DNA of 64,000 nucleotides from Flaccisagitta enflata (Eukaryota): NCBI GenBank assembly GCA_965153355.1, contig OZ231126.1, positions 34,348,001 to 34,412,000 of the forward strand, read 5' to 3'. Shown piece by piece: positions 26,240 to 38,548 of this stretch (position 1 is its first letter; each line of letters starts with the position of its first letter). The notes under the pieces were generated by a model. It saw only the letters and a program-made list of their open reading frames with translations, ran no database searches and was not told where the DNA came from. The position numbers and the translations under genes were made by a program.

Positions 26240-26504
26240 GGAGGGAGGAGGGAAAGAATGAAAGGAATGGAAGGAAGGCAGGAAGGAAGGAAGGAAGGAA
26301 GGAAGGAAGGAAGGAAGGAAGGAAGGAAGGAAGGAAGGAAGGGAGGACGGAAGGAAGGAAGGAAGGGAAGAAGGAAGGAAGGAAGGAATTAAGGAAAGAG
26401 GGAATATGTATGCATTCAGTTGTGTCTGTAAAACGAAGCACGCGACTGTTGGCCTGTTGGGCTTGTTTTATCAATACATCGGCAAATGTAACCTCTTATG
26501 AAAA

Positions 26505-26763
26505 TCAATACATTGACTTCGGATCATATTCAGCGATAACGACTCGACATTTGCTGGCGGTTATTGGGTTTGCTTTACATGATCTCCGTAACTGTATAAT
26601 GCTGTTAATATCGTTGGACCGGTGATCACTCTTTTCCATTCAAATATCCCAAACACAGTTGAAGCTCGCTTTAAGTGTAAATAATGTCGAGGTGATGTTT
26701 TTTCAGCTGATTTCGGATACATCGGATGCAGGCGGATTCCCAATACTCTTGGCTTGGGTCAGT
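26505..26763 (-). pseudogene. frameshifted paralog of the 29676-30259 gene (main exon)
   Basis: LTQAKSIGNPPASDVSEI/fs/AEKTSPRHYLHLKRASTVFGIFEWKRVITGPTILTALYSYGD.../fs/...CRVVIAEYDPKSMY* vs SEVQGEI...KRMYLQKGTDASGRFQGSILDIGP...KVINDYDPAKF*. Confidence 0.65.
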
Positions 26764-26835
26764 TTAGCGGGAAGTATTTTTCACTTCAATACAATTGGTT
26801 TTCGGTAAATAACACCATCAAGTCCGTGATAATTA

Positions 26836-26981
26836 TTTTTTTAGATGCGTCATCGCATCTCTATAAGAGGTTCTGTCCATCGGTCGGTCCGTCCCTCCAT
26901 CCCTCCGTCCGTCGGTCCGTCCGTTACGCTTCCTCTAATATCACGCAAATGACGCATCGATAAGCCCGCCAGGGCTTGTTT
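26836..26981 (+). mobile_element. HINE class B, short variant
   Basis: AGATGCGTCATCGCATCT...GACGCATC-GATAAGCCCGCCAGGGCTTGTT; sister copy at 48807. Confidence 0.88.
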
Positions 26982-27050
26982 TATCACGATCGAGTGACGC
27001 ACCGATGTATGGACGACAAATGCGCATTGCCTTTCTTTTAATTTCCGCTC

Positions 27051-27091
<41 letters not shown>

Positions 27092-27381
27092 CTTTATGAG
27101 TTTATAGGATGAATAAAATCGATTTCAATCATTTATTAATTTTAAGTACTTTTAAGTAGATGCAGATGGCCTCCATGCATATGCAGATAGCCTCAATACA
27201 GATACGGATACCGATGGCACCGATGACACCGATGCCTCCGAAAGCCTTGATCTTTTTCGCAGAGACTCAAAGCGGCCACGGGACCAATGCACCCGGGCCG
27301 ACCGAGCCTCCATGGCAGAATCTCGTACGCGGGATCAACAGATTGAATGAAAAATATTCAAATCTGCCGCTGGCAAGGGAG

Positions 27382-27484
<103 letters not shown>

Positions 27485-27486
27485 TG

Positions 27487-28080
27487 GCAAGTACCAAATC
27501 GAACTATTCATGGGTAGCCGTACCCCCCCCTAGGAGTGATCAACTGAAGAAGTGGAGTGAGAGCAGGGCAGCGGCCCCAAAGGGCCGATGTCCTGAGGAC
27601 ACAGGGGTGAATTTCCAGACGTCCTGAGAAGGCACATAAAAGGGCTGACATACTTGATTTTGAGCCTGATAAGGCTGATTTAGGGTATCAGAGAGCTAAT
27701 TTTGGAGCTGAAAGGGCTGATTTTGGGCCTGAGAGTACTGATTTTGGGCCTGAGAGGGCTGATTTTGGGCTTGAGAGGGCTGATTTTGGGCTTGAGAGGG
27801 CTGATTTGGGGCTAATTTGGAGCTAATTTTGGAGCTGAAAGAGCTGATTTTGGGCCTGAGAGGGCTGATTTTGGGTCTGAGAGGGCTGATTTTGGGCCTG
27901 AGAGGGCTGATTTTGGGCTTGAGAGGGCTGATTTTGGGCTTGAGAGGGCTGATTTGGGGTCTGAGAGGGGCCTTGGGGGGGGGGGGACGTACGGACGGAC
28001 GTACGGACGGACGTATGGACGTCTGGAAATTCACCCCTGTGTCCTACAGGACATCGGCCCTTTGGGGCCGCTGCCTAAAA
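27487..28080 (-). mobile_element. class E element (CACAGGGGTGAATTT variant)
   Basis: IRs near 27566 and 28075; 21-bp array TTTTGGGCCTGAGAGGGCTGA. Confidence 0.85.
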
Positions 28081-28320
28081 ACAAGGCCGGATACACGGCT
28101 ACCCCAGTCGCGTGCGGGTGGGCAGGGGCTGTATTTGAGGTCACTTGATCATTTGGGCAGGAGCTGTGAGGCCAAGGACCGTAAAAAAAACGAAAAAAGT
28201 AAAGTTTGACGAACGGACGGACCGACGGACCAACGGACCGACGGACCGACGGACCGACGGACCGACGGACTGACGGACGGACAAAGCGGGGTGTATAGTC
28301 GCGTAGCACGCGACTAAAAA
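28079..28320 (-). mobile_element. HINE class A
   Basis: Reverse complement of the 16894-type element. Confidence 0.9.
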
Positions 28321-28455
28321 GCCTGTATGCAATTCAGATTTGGGCGCTCAAACTGCCGAAGATACGGCAATTTGAATGGAGTGCGAATCTTACATTTTCT
28401 TCTCCCTTTTTAATCCGAATCTCGCTCTCTTTTTATCATCGCGCTACCTCGCCAG

Positions 28456-29376
28456 TTACTTCTCACTGAACATCTCTCTTATTGTCCCCCGGAGAGCACC
28501 GTTTTGCATCAATTAAGGATTTGGTTTTGTAGCGAGTGAGATAACCTCGTCTGTAATCTCTGCACGTACGAATATATTACCATTCGGCTCATTTATTCGT
28601 AGCCAAGTGCGTCATTTAGCAGCGAAGCGGCGAGGCTCTGCGCATAAAAACCCGGCGGATACAAGTACAAAGAACCAACCGATATTAAAAATCCTGGGAA
28701 CTATTGCGCACTTTTATTGGAACCACGCAGAGTAGTTCCACGACTACCAAAATCTTTCCTTGTCATTTTTGGACAGAGTCTGCGCTTGTAAAAAAAGTGG
28801 GTGGTTTAGTTCTGTTTTTTTGTTGTTTTTTTGTTTTTTTTTTTTTTTTCAATAAGAATTCAGCTTCAATGGAATCGTTTTAAAGATGCTTGTGGTGATT
28901 TGACAGTTGCAGAAAAAACTCACACAAAATTGACAGAAAAATTCGAAATAGAGGTAACAAGTAAACAATCCAGCATCTCACGTCATCCAAAGTCGTTCCT
29001 ATCTCGCAGTGGAAGCGAAAAGGCAACCTCATATGGGAGCGGGAGAGCGTGGATAATTTTCTGATGTATATGGAGAGCGAGCCAATGGCAATGTGGTGCG
29101 CTAATGTGGTCGCAATGACACGATGATAACCGCGCCACACCTTGTAAGTTTTAATCTATGTTCTCTAAGGGGAATAACTGATAATCTTCTCCATCTTATT
29201 TTTGTTCTCATCTTTCATCCAAAATACTCCCCTTGCGTAATTCTAGTTATTGCGCAATGTACATGGAAACAGGATGAGCAGAGAAATCTGGAGAGGCTCT
29301 CGACTCTGAAGGAGCCCTGCTCCTTGACGAATATAACAGAGATATATATATAGACCCCAGATTGGTCTCATTTTAA
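28456..29376 (+). pseudogene. multi-exon spliced gene remnant, product unknown
   Basis: Exon-like blocks 28456-28535, 28603-28796, 28864-28953, 29010-29143 and 29247-29376 are separated by short GT-AG introns. The last three join in phase: LQWNRFKDACGDL...FEIE|WKRKGNLIWERESVDNF...AMTR**PRHTF|YCAMYMETG*AEKSG...DPRLVSF*. AATAAA at 29522. Confidence 0.5.
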
Positions 29377-29575
29377 TGAGTTATCATAAGTCAAAACTCT
29401 TTCACACGCATCCAACCTGCGTTGAGAGCCAGCGCAACTTACAATCAAAGTAACCAATACATCTGGCATGACTTATTTTAGCGTTGAAAATTGACTGCAG
29501 TTGCAACAAGCAGAACCAAGTAATAAAATCAATGTTTTCAAAACCATTCTATTGCAGGTGATTTTGTATAACATT

Positions 29576-29593
29576 TTTATTAAGTGTTTTATT
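29576..29593 (-). terminator. two AATAAA polyadenylation signals downstream of the minus-strand gene
   Basis: TTTATT on + at 29576-29581 and 29588-29593, 83-100 nt past the stop codon. Confidence 0.55.
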
Positions 29594-29675
29594 ACAAGAC
29601 GAAAATTGAATTAGATATCAATTCATGATGCTATATAGGAAAGTGATAGAGGCGGAGAGCTTGACATTTTAGTCT

Positions 29676-30259
29676 TTAAAACTTGGCCGGGTCGTAATCG
29701 TTGATTACCTTGGCTATGTTTTTTAAGTAATCCGATTTACTTTTCAAGAACAAGTCATTGCTTGCCTTTGAAATAGAATAGTAGTTGAGTTTTGGCTTGT
29801 CCGCTGAAATCAGCACCATTAACACCATGCTATATCCCTTTTCTAACGGTCCGATGTCCAAAATAGATCCTTGGAATCGTCCACTTGCATCAGTACCCTT
29901 TTGAAGATACATTCGCTTTTCGATATTACCGACTTCTTCTCCTTCTGTTGAAATTTCTCCCTGGACTTCGCTCGTTTCTCTTCCCTCGGCCACGTTAAGA
30001 CCTTCGGAGAATTTTGTTGTAATGGACAAAATGAATTAGTCATAAGTCATGGATGTGAGCTGTGAATTGTCGGTCAACGAAGAATTGAACAGATTGAACG
30101 ATGACTTTAAATTTGTTTCAATTAAAGAATGATTTCATTTGAAAATGATGTAGAAATAGCATATCTAACTGTATCTTGACCTTTTGTCTTCTTTCCTCCA
30201 ATCTTACCCATCAAAACGGCGCCTTCAAAAATGAGGCAAAGGATCCAGAACGATTTCAT
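29676..30259 (-). CDS. two-exon gene join(30259-30208, 30001-29676): 125-aa putative secreted prepropeptide, family unrecognised
   Basis: MKSFWILCLIFEGAVLMG-LNVAEG|RETSEVQGEISTEGEEVGNIEKR|MYLQKGTDASGRFQG...YDPAKF*. Phase-1 206-nt intron with GTAAGA donor, branch-like GACTAAT, no AG between the branch site and the CCGAAG acceptor; open frame; poly(A) signals. Confidence 0.72.
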
Positions 30260-30567
30260 CCTCAAAAAAAAACGTTGTTTTGTTGTGGAACAAGAAAGAT
30301 TCGGCGCTTGTCGTAACGATCCAGATCGTGCAATGAAATCATCCGTAGATATTGGCCGCTATCATGACTGTAAAGGAGAAATCATCAGGACTACATTCAA
30401 AAACTTGCCGTAGTAAAAAGCTTCTTGAGTAAAGTAAATCTTTTTTTAAACGAAAATCTATGGATAAAGTGAGTTGAAGGAAAATATTTTTTTTTTCAAT
30501 TTCCAGCACGGAATCAGAGACCAGATTTCTTCAAACCTTCATTTCACTTAAGTTTTTGACGGGCTGC

Positions 30568-30575
30568 TATTTATA
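30568..30575 (-). promoter_or_regulatory. candidate TATA box TATAAATA
   Basis: About 310 nt upstream of the ATG; a pyrimidine-rich TTTCTCCTTTACAG acceptor at 30368 suggests a 5'-UTR intron. Confidence 0.4.
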
Positions 30576-30773
30576 CACTAAGTTTTTTTTTATAGACATA
30601 ATTTGCCTTTTAACTTTTTGGAGTGACTTCCCAATTTCCTGAACAAACTGAATTTAAAATTAGTTTTCATGAATCATTTGATATTAGGAAGGCTTTTTTT
30701 TCTAAATCTCAGACTAACAACTGTCAAATGACTTAATCAGAAAACAATTTGGCGTGTTTACAAAAAAATCTAA

Positions 30774-31203
30774 CTATGGCAAAAAAAAAAAAAAGACAGT
30801 TATTTCAATTTATTCGTACACCCTCAGTTTATTGATCTGCTTTAAATCCTTTAAAGCAGTATTAGTATATTAAATTACCTAATCAGCAAAAAAATCAATA
30901 CTCGAAAATGTTGATTTTTGAGCCCGTGGCATCAGTTCTTCTGAAAAAACATCAGGCAAAAAAGAGGGGAAAAAAGCTCCATATTTACAATTTTCTGAAA
31001 TTCATTTTGACGACTATTTCAAAAAGTGATGCTACGGGCACAAAAAATCAACTTTTTTGAGTTCTGATTTTTTTGCTGAGTCAAAAATTTGTCATTTTAT
31101 TACCACCTAAATGGATATTAAGTTTTTCTAAAAAATGGGCCCGTAGCAGCATTTTGAAATTTACTGTCTTTTTTTTTTTTTTTTTGTTTTTTTTTTGCCA
31201 TAG
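30774..31203. mobile_element. MITE with CTATGGCAAAA...AGACAGT TIRs
   Basis: CTATGGC(A)nGACAGTTATTTCAA vs TTGAAATTTACTGTC(T)nGCCATAG; flanks CTAA/TTAA; internal GCCCGTRGCA motifs. Confidence 0.75.
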
Positions 31204-32580
31204 TTAAGCTTTGTTGATTCACTTTGTCCTGCCAATTGTCGCTTATACTACAGTAATGGACAGTATTCCCGAGACATATTTGAATGGGATTGCCCGGGGT
31301 ACGACACGGTGCAAGATCGCGTGAAATTTGGTAGTCACCAAGGTTAAAAAATCAAAGTGTCATAAAATATTTTTTTTCTTCATGGTAGCATAGTATATCA
31401 CTTTCTGATTACAAAACAAAAAAAATTAATGCAAAATCTATTTCAATTAGCTAAATATTTATAATTTAATTTTTAATAATGATTTTTGCAATATAATGAA
31501 ATTTTTTCATATTTTTCAAGTATATTCACTAAGAAAATACTTTAAAATATTGTTATCATATCTAATTTATAGAAAATATCCAAGTTTTATAAAATTCTTT
31601 ATTAATTTGCTTAATTATCTGTCAATAAAAGCAATAAAGAAACGTTTTTTGCTCATTTTTTCATCACATCATAATTTGATTGTTATACTCTGGATGTTAG
31701 CTTGCAATTACACATTCAGCAGTTGTCTATAATTTCAATCATCCATACTTTGTATGCATATGCATTCATTCATTCATTCATACATACATTCATTCACTCA
31801 CTCATTCATTCTTTCATTCATAAATTTGATTTGATTTGATGAGATAAGATTTCAATTCAGTCATGAATGATAACTATTTTTCTATCTGCTTTTCTCATCG
31901 ATAGCAATCCTTAATTCTGAACCAAATAGAGGGCTGAGCAACCTACCGACCGACACATCAGTTCTATTCATGGAAGTGTAGGGGTGCGGATCAAACAGAT
32001 GCACATGCTGGACATCTGCACAGGATAAAAACGAGGATGGAAACACAATACGGAATCACTTGGAATGGGCAGAAGCAGTTATTCTGGTGGACAGGGGCAG
32101 TTTTGTGGGTGGTTGGGGGCTGTTATGTGGGTGGGCAGGAAAAGTGGCGCATCCCTCTATTCAATCAACACTCCCTCTCAATGAGAAAGGCTCTTTTAGA
32201 GTCGCTCCCGACCAATGAACATACCCTCTGATCAGTCGCTTAGCAAGCAACTGAAAAGCATTCATGAATGAACAGGGCCAAGTAGGCCAATAGGTGCAAC
32301 GTGTGGATTGTCAAATGAATGTGTTACCAACCGACTGACCAACCGACTGACCAACCGACTGACCAACTGACCAACCGACTGACCAACCGACTGAACAGCA
32401 GACACAGCCAGTTAAAGAGGGGCTTTGTCGCTCCTAAAAAAGAAGTAACGCGGGGTCACAATATCGTTGCTGACCGGTGGGCAGGGCTATCCAACCCCCA
32501 GCCTTACCCCAACCCCAACTCCTAACCCCCACTCCAACACAAACACAAACACAATAATAACTGCACCATCATAAATGCGC

Positions 32581-33220
32581 GTTTTCTTTCTTTCTTTCTT
32601 TCTTTCTTGTTTCTTTCTTTCTTTCTTTCTTTCTATCTTTCTTGTTTTTTTCTTTCATCTTTCTTTCTTTCTTCTTTTTTTCTTTTCTTTTTTTCTTCTT
32701 CTTTTTCTTTTCTTTCTTTTTTTCTTCTTTCTTTCTTTCTTTTCTTTTGTTTTTCTTTCTTTCTTGTTTTTTTCTTTCTTTTTCTTCTTTTCTTCTTTCT
32801 CTTTTTCTTTCTTTCTCATTTCTTTCTTTCGTTTTTTTCTTTTTTTTCTTTTTTTCTTTTTCTCTTTCTTTCTTTCTTTCTGTCTTTCTGTCTTTTCTGT
32901 CTTTTCTTTCTTTCTTCTTTCTTTTTTTTTCTTTTTTTCTTTTTTTCTTTCTTTTTCTTTCTTTCTCTTCCCATTGGTCTTTTGCTTCCTTGGTTTTTTT
33001 TTCTTTTTTCCTTTCTTTCTTTTCTTTCTTTCTTTTTTCTTTCTTTCTTCTTTCTTCTTTCTTTCTTTCTTTCTTTTTCTCTTTTCTTTCTTTTCTTTCT
33101 TTCTTTCTTCTTCTCTTTCTTTCTTTCTCTCTTTCTTTCTTTTCCTTTCTTTCTTTCTTTTTCTTTTTCCTTCTTTCTTTTTTTTTCTTTCTCTTTCTTT
33201 CTTTTTTTCTTTCTTTTTCG
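32581..33220. repeat. pyrimidine-rich low-complexity (CTTT/CTT) tract
   Basis: Read directly. Similar (CTTT)n/(GAAA)n tracts at 39480-39635, 42865-42945, 51585-51830, 53228-53700 and 62781-63250. Confidence 0.95.
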
Positions 33221-33476
33221 TTTTATTCTTCATTTCACTCTTTCGGATGTCCCTCTTCATGTCCGTCTATCTTTCCCCCCCTCTCGAGACCTGAAGTCTC
33301 ATTAAAGCCTATTGAGGCCTGAAATCTTGTTCTAGAGCCTGAAACTAGCCCGAATAGCCAAAAATCTGCCTTATAAGCCTGAAAAGTGCCCTCCCAAGCC
33401 AAAAATTGCTGAATTCTCTAAAGACTGAAATCAGTCTTCACTTGCTCTATCCTGAGAGCAGCCCTCACATGCATTA

Positions 33477-33819
33477 CGTCTGTTAGGGTGCCTAGAAAAG
33501 CCAAAATTGAACTTTTCCTGGCAAAAATATTTTTCCTTTGCAAAAATGCTTTCAAATGAACCATTGCACAGCATTCAATTCAATCGGGAACCATCTTTAG
33601 GGTGAGGTTAAGGTTTACATTGAATTATCATTGAAACCTATATTTCTGAAATGCAAATTCTGTCTCTCTCATACAAATCAACTTCAGCGTCACCCTAAAG
33701 ATGGTTCTCAATTGATTTGAAAGTTGCGCAATAGCTCATTTGAAAGCATCTTTGCAAAGTTTTAAAAAAATTTGTCAGGCGAAGTTCAATTTTGGCTTTT
33801 CTGAGCACTCTGACAGTCG
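33477..33819. mobile_element. fold-back MITE (~130-bp arms), TA TSD, inside a decayed class E element
   Basis: AGAAAAGCCAAAATTGAACTT and AACCATCTTTAGGGTGA are both mirrored at the right end. Confidence 0.85.
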
Positions 33820-34069
33820 TAACATGCATGAAGCCCCAATCTAGACCGTCCAGGTCTAAAATCTAATCTTTAGAACCTGAAATCAACCCTCGTAGGCTAT
33901 TGAGCTATGTAAAGCCGCCCCCCCCTCCTGCATCTGTTCCCCGGATGTATGAAAACTCACCCCTGCTCTCAGCCCACAATCTTGTGACAGGAATTCAGGA
34001 ACTGTGAATTATGTATAATCCTTGATTGATTTGGAGTTCGTACCAGTCTATTAGCCTCTAAGATCTAAT

Positions 34070-34265
34070 CAGGGCTGTAGAGAGAAAAACGCCCTCCCCC
34101 ATTGACTATTCGGTCAAACCTGCCCCCTTATATTGTTCTTTTACTGCATAGAAATTCGCTCCAATGATATTTTGCCAGTCTTTTTTTTTCACACATTAGG
34201 CCTTAAGCCCCCTAGGGCCTGGGCCCCTATCTTTAATGGGGGTGACCCCCCTCTGCATGACCCTG
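34070..34265. mobile_element. hAT-type MITE
   Basis: CAGGG...CCCTG termini; perfect 8-bp TSD GATCTAAT. Confidence 0.85.
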
Positions 34266-35415
34266 GATCTAATTGAGCCACCTGGCCACTCATGGGGACC
34301 CTCAGAGCCTTAATTTGTGCTCATCAGTACTTAGATCAAGTGTCAAGGAGAAATTCACAATTTTGTCATTCCGACATGTCTCATTGAGAATCAAGAATTT
34401 GCATAAAAAATGCAAAACTGCAAAAACAAAAAACATCAGCACCTGGCAAAATCCAATACCTAGGTGCTCATGTTTTTGGAAATGCAAAATTGTTCTTGGT
34501 TTTCCATATTCTTGATTCTCAAATTCCAAAATGTTTTTTTCCGAAACCCTTGATTGCCACACATCTCAACAAAAAAATTGTAAAGACGCATGTTAAAATG
34601 GTCGCAGGGGGATAAAATTTGAACTGCAAGTGGATGACACATCCGGTTAACTTGTCCTAAAATCTTGTGGCGCTGCGCCATCAGGAAGTGCGCCAAATCA
34701 GAGCAGAACCAATTTTTGCCAAAATTTTTCATTTTTCATTACATTTTGGCTATTTCTATGTTTATTTTTATTTTGGCAATTAGATTTTTAAGATAAGGGT
34801 GACAATTTTTTTCACACAAACCTTAAGATAGCTTGAGTGGATTTCATCCAAAAACAGGAACTGAAACCAAAATATGTGTCGTCAACAGCGTAAAGAAGTC
34901 ATGATGTCTGGATCATTACAGCGTTTTTTTTTAGATTTTCTTATTTTTCTTTAAGAGAGATCACCTCAGTTAGGACTCTTATGAGCCCACAAGAGTATCA
35001 TCTGCCTGGGAAGTGACCATATGATATCTGTTTTGCCAGCAAACCACATTTTTTATCAAAAATGAGAGTTTTTGATGCAAATTTATATGCAAAAATAATG
35101 TGACTACTTAATTCACTTTTATCTTTCTCCATGTCGTACCCGCTTTAATGAAGAAATTCGTGCGTTTGCTTAACTCCCTCTGTCTTTCCCTTTCTCTCCG
35201 GCCGCGCATGTATACGTATCTGCGAAGATAAATGCGAGCAAGTATGCATGAAGCGTGAAGATCAACTTGCATTTATGGTCGCGAACTTGCGTGTACATTT
35301 ATATTAGCTAGCTTGCGAGAGCACACATTTTTTCTTTTTTAAAAAGAAGAAGAAGACATGCAAGCAAATCATTGGCGAGACGACATTGCAAAAGTTAAAT
35401 ATCAAATATCCATAG

Positions 35416-35652
35416 CACACACCCGCGTCTCAAGTGCCCCCACACACTCGCGTGCGTGTTTCCCAAGTGCCCGCACACACGCGCGTGTTTGTTTCCCAAG
35501 TGCCCGCACACACTCCCGTGTGTGTTTCCCAAGTGCCCGCACACATGCGCGTATATGTTTCCCAAGTGCCCGCTCACACCCGCGTGTATGTTTCTCAAGT
35601 GCCCGCACACACCCGCGTGTATGTTTCCCCAAGTGCCCGCACACACGCGCGC
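35416..35652. repeat. 33-bp minisatellite TTCCCAAGTGCCCGCACACACGCGCGTGTTTGT, about 7 units
   Basis: Read directly. Confidence 0.92.
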
Positions 35653-35947
35653 ATTTTTAACGAGTCTTAACGAGTCCAAGTGCTCCTCGCTCCATTAATT
35701 CACCGGCAGCAAATGAGAAATGATTTTATTCTTTATTCTTTCTTTCTTTCTTTTTTTTTTTTTTTTTTTTTTGTCTTCTTTTTTTCTATGTATTCGAGTG
35801 AAAACGAGGTTGCTCATCTGATTTCCCTTTCAGACGATGTTTTTTCCGATTCTGTGAACCATTTCAGATTCCGCCGCAATCTTCCTTTTTTTGAAGGCTG
35901 GCGTTTGACGCACCCGCGCAGCAATAGCATGTGGCCATTTCTTAACA

Positions 35948-36079
35948 TTTTAAGTTGCGCCAAAGCACCTCTATGTCAGGCTGTGTCCGTTGGTCGGTCG
36001 GTCGGTTGGTCTGTTGGTCGGGTAACGCATTCGTTCTACGATCCATCCTGCGCACCTTATTGGCCGACTTGGCCTTGTT
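35948..36079 (+). mobile_element. HINE class D, short variant
   Basis: Matches 48498-48637; ends GCGCACCTTATTGGCCGACTTGGCCTTGTT. Confidence 0.8.
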
Positions 36080-37510
36080 ACTAACTAGGAGGTGATGGGA
36101 TGAAATAGCCCACTTGGGGTAATATGGGCCACAGTTTTGGTAAGTTTCTGTTTTCATAAAAAACCAGATAGATTATCATGATCGCCGATGATTTCGTAAG
36201 ACTCATGGAAAACAATCCTTTAACTCGAACCTGCCATTTTGCAATTGTTTTTTTCACGTATCCATAACTGCAACCCTACCTCTACTGCTAACACTACCTT
36301 TAACCCCAAAGTAAGTACCACCCGAAAGCCATACAATGGGCCATGCAGCGAATATGTCGCTCGGTCGAAAAAACAAAAGTCAATATAAATTTCAAGGACT
36401 CATCCAAAATGACACTAAATGTGTCAGCGATCAACATAACTTTCATCCTTCCGTTGCAACTATGGTACATACAAACACATTACGTAAATGAGTCTAACGT
36501 ATGCGAGACTGAGTCGCCGAGTGAATGACCGAGAAGGACAAACAGAAGCGGTCGCGTAAAGTTTGATGGTGCGTTATATTGGAGTGCGTTGAGGCATTTT
36601 ATTCCCGGATTCGGAACCTCAAAAGATTTAAAACGGACGTGATTTCAGGGCCGAACGAGCCAACTGTGAGAATGCTGAGCTACCAACTGTTCTCGTGTGT
36701 GAGTGTGATGATGAAAGAAGATTGTCAAAAAAAGTCGTTACCAACGGACACAACCGAGACGATAGGTGGCCTCCCTCTCAATGGCTTGCCTTTAAGTTTA
36801 AGTTCATACCAAGTACCAAGTACTGTAAGTTTTTCTCGCTCACTCACCTTGTTTTCCCTAACAGCCCTCCTTCCATTTTTTTTTGTTTTCCTTTTCAACG
36901 TGCGCTAACGCTAATCAATAAGAGGCTGCGACTGTTGGTTGGTTGATTGGTTGGCCTGGTTAGTAAAGCATTCTTTCAAAGATCCATACGGCTTACTTGG
37001 CCTTGTTTAAAATCTCGTCCACTTTCTCAAGAAATCCATGTACCTCATTCTCCTCCCCCCCCCCCTACCCCCAGTCTCACTCTCAAGCCTTTCATTATCA
37101 CATTACCGCTGCCAAGTTCCATTTTCTCTTTTGCCCTTTGCCTCGAACTCAATTTCTCATCATTAAGGCCCACTGCAGATACCTTGTTTGAAGTTCCTTT
37201 TTCTAGTGCTATCATTTCAATATCGATCCAGAATTGCTAAGCGTGCATGCTGATCCGAACACGCTCAGCGTCTGTCTCAAAGACTTTGGGTATGATTTGA
37301 ACCATTTGTTTAGAAACTGATTTCTCAGTTCGCCACTATTGACCCAAGTCTAGGGGAAATGGACTAGCTCAGCGGTAGAGTGGCCCTCATTTGTTACTCA
37401 TACTCATTTGTCGTTGTTCTGTAGTCCCCAGATTCCAATTACCTCAATCCACATTTCTTACGTACATCACTCTCTCTCTCTTTCTCTCTCGCTCTCGCTC
37501 TCGCTCTCGC

Positions 37511-37587
<77 letters not shown>

Positions 37588-37730
37588 CCACATCACCAGA
37601 CGCTTTTTTTGAGCGCGCCGCCGCCGGTCTGGTTATTTTGAATTTCCTCTTTTTTTCCGAGACTACGCGCTGCTAGCTGTTCAAGACTTTTCCTCTGTTG
37701 TTCAAATCTTCTTTTTTTTTCTACTTTTTC

Positions 37731-37788
<58 letters not shown>

Positions 37789-38548
37789 ACTCTGTCCATC
37801 TTTCAGATCTCATTTCAGAACTGATCATTTCCCTCGTTAGCCGTTCCATACACATCACCATTTGCTTACAAAGTATAGTAGGTCACATGGGAAAATGACT
37901 CAGTACATCATACCCGTCTTGACTTAATTCAGGGCCGAAATTTGTCCAGCCTTTCATTTTAAAAGACGATGAAAATGTGTACACTGTACATCCCATTTGG
38001 CTCATTATTTTTATACGAATTACCCTGATTTATAACTGCCTCTCTGTATCGTAATATAAGAATAACCGCAATCAGTACGGTCTTGGTTTCTTATAATATT
38101 CCACCCTACCTTTTCGCCACATCCTTTACTACCTCAACCCGTCTCCATCCCCTCTCCCTCAAAGCCACATCCTCGTTCTATCTAATGTCCACATTCTGAC
38201 CAACTTCTTTCGTTGCATTGAGATCCAAGCCACGTTTCTTCGCTCCCTCTCGTCCAAATGAAATTGAGGCCGCACTTCGCGGAAACGAGTTCCATTTACA
38301 AACATTCTACATTTCACTCGCATTCCTCTTCCATTTCCGAGTCACGATGGTCACGAAAACAATCCTCGCGAAACCATCACATTGACATTTTTTTACTAGT
38401 CCTAAAACAGTTGTTTTCTATTGAAGTACGTCACTAAATGTAAATACGGTTATAACATTGAACCACTTACAAGTGTAAATTTAGTGTTCAGTATTCCTCA
38501 AAATATACAACATCAACATCAACAAATTCAAAGTCTTGTTTGTCTGGA

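Larger units (their letters stand above)
23296..26467 (+). mobile_element. HINE class A (GGAA-tract variant) carrying four insertions
   Basis: The residual pieces match the uninterrupted copy at 49650-50202; ends GCACGCGACTGTTGGCCTGTTGGGCTTGTT. Confidence 0.8.

Noticed and set aside
29676-30029. Single-exon 117-aa ORF as given in the track
   Set aside because: It starts at TTG just after an in-frame TAA; its first nine codons fall in the predicted intron.
32575-33322. Long ORFs of 200-335 aa here and at 51352-52359, 53080-53985, 57549-58474 and 62492-63363
   Set aside because: They are translations of stop-free (CTTT)n, (AG)n, (GT)n and (GAA)n tracts.
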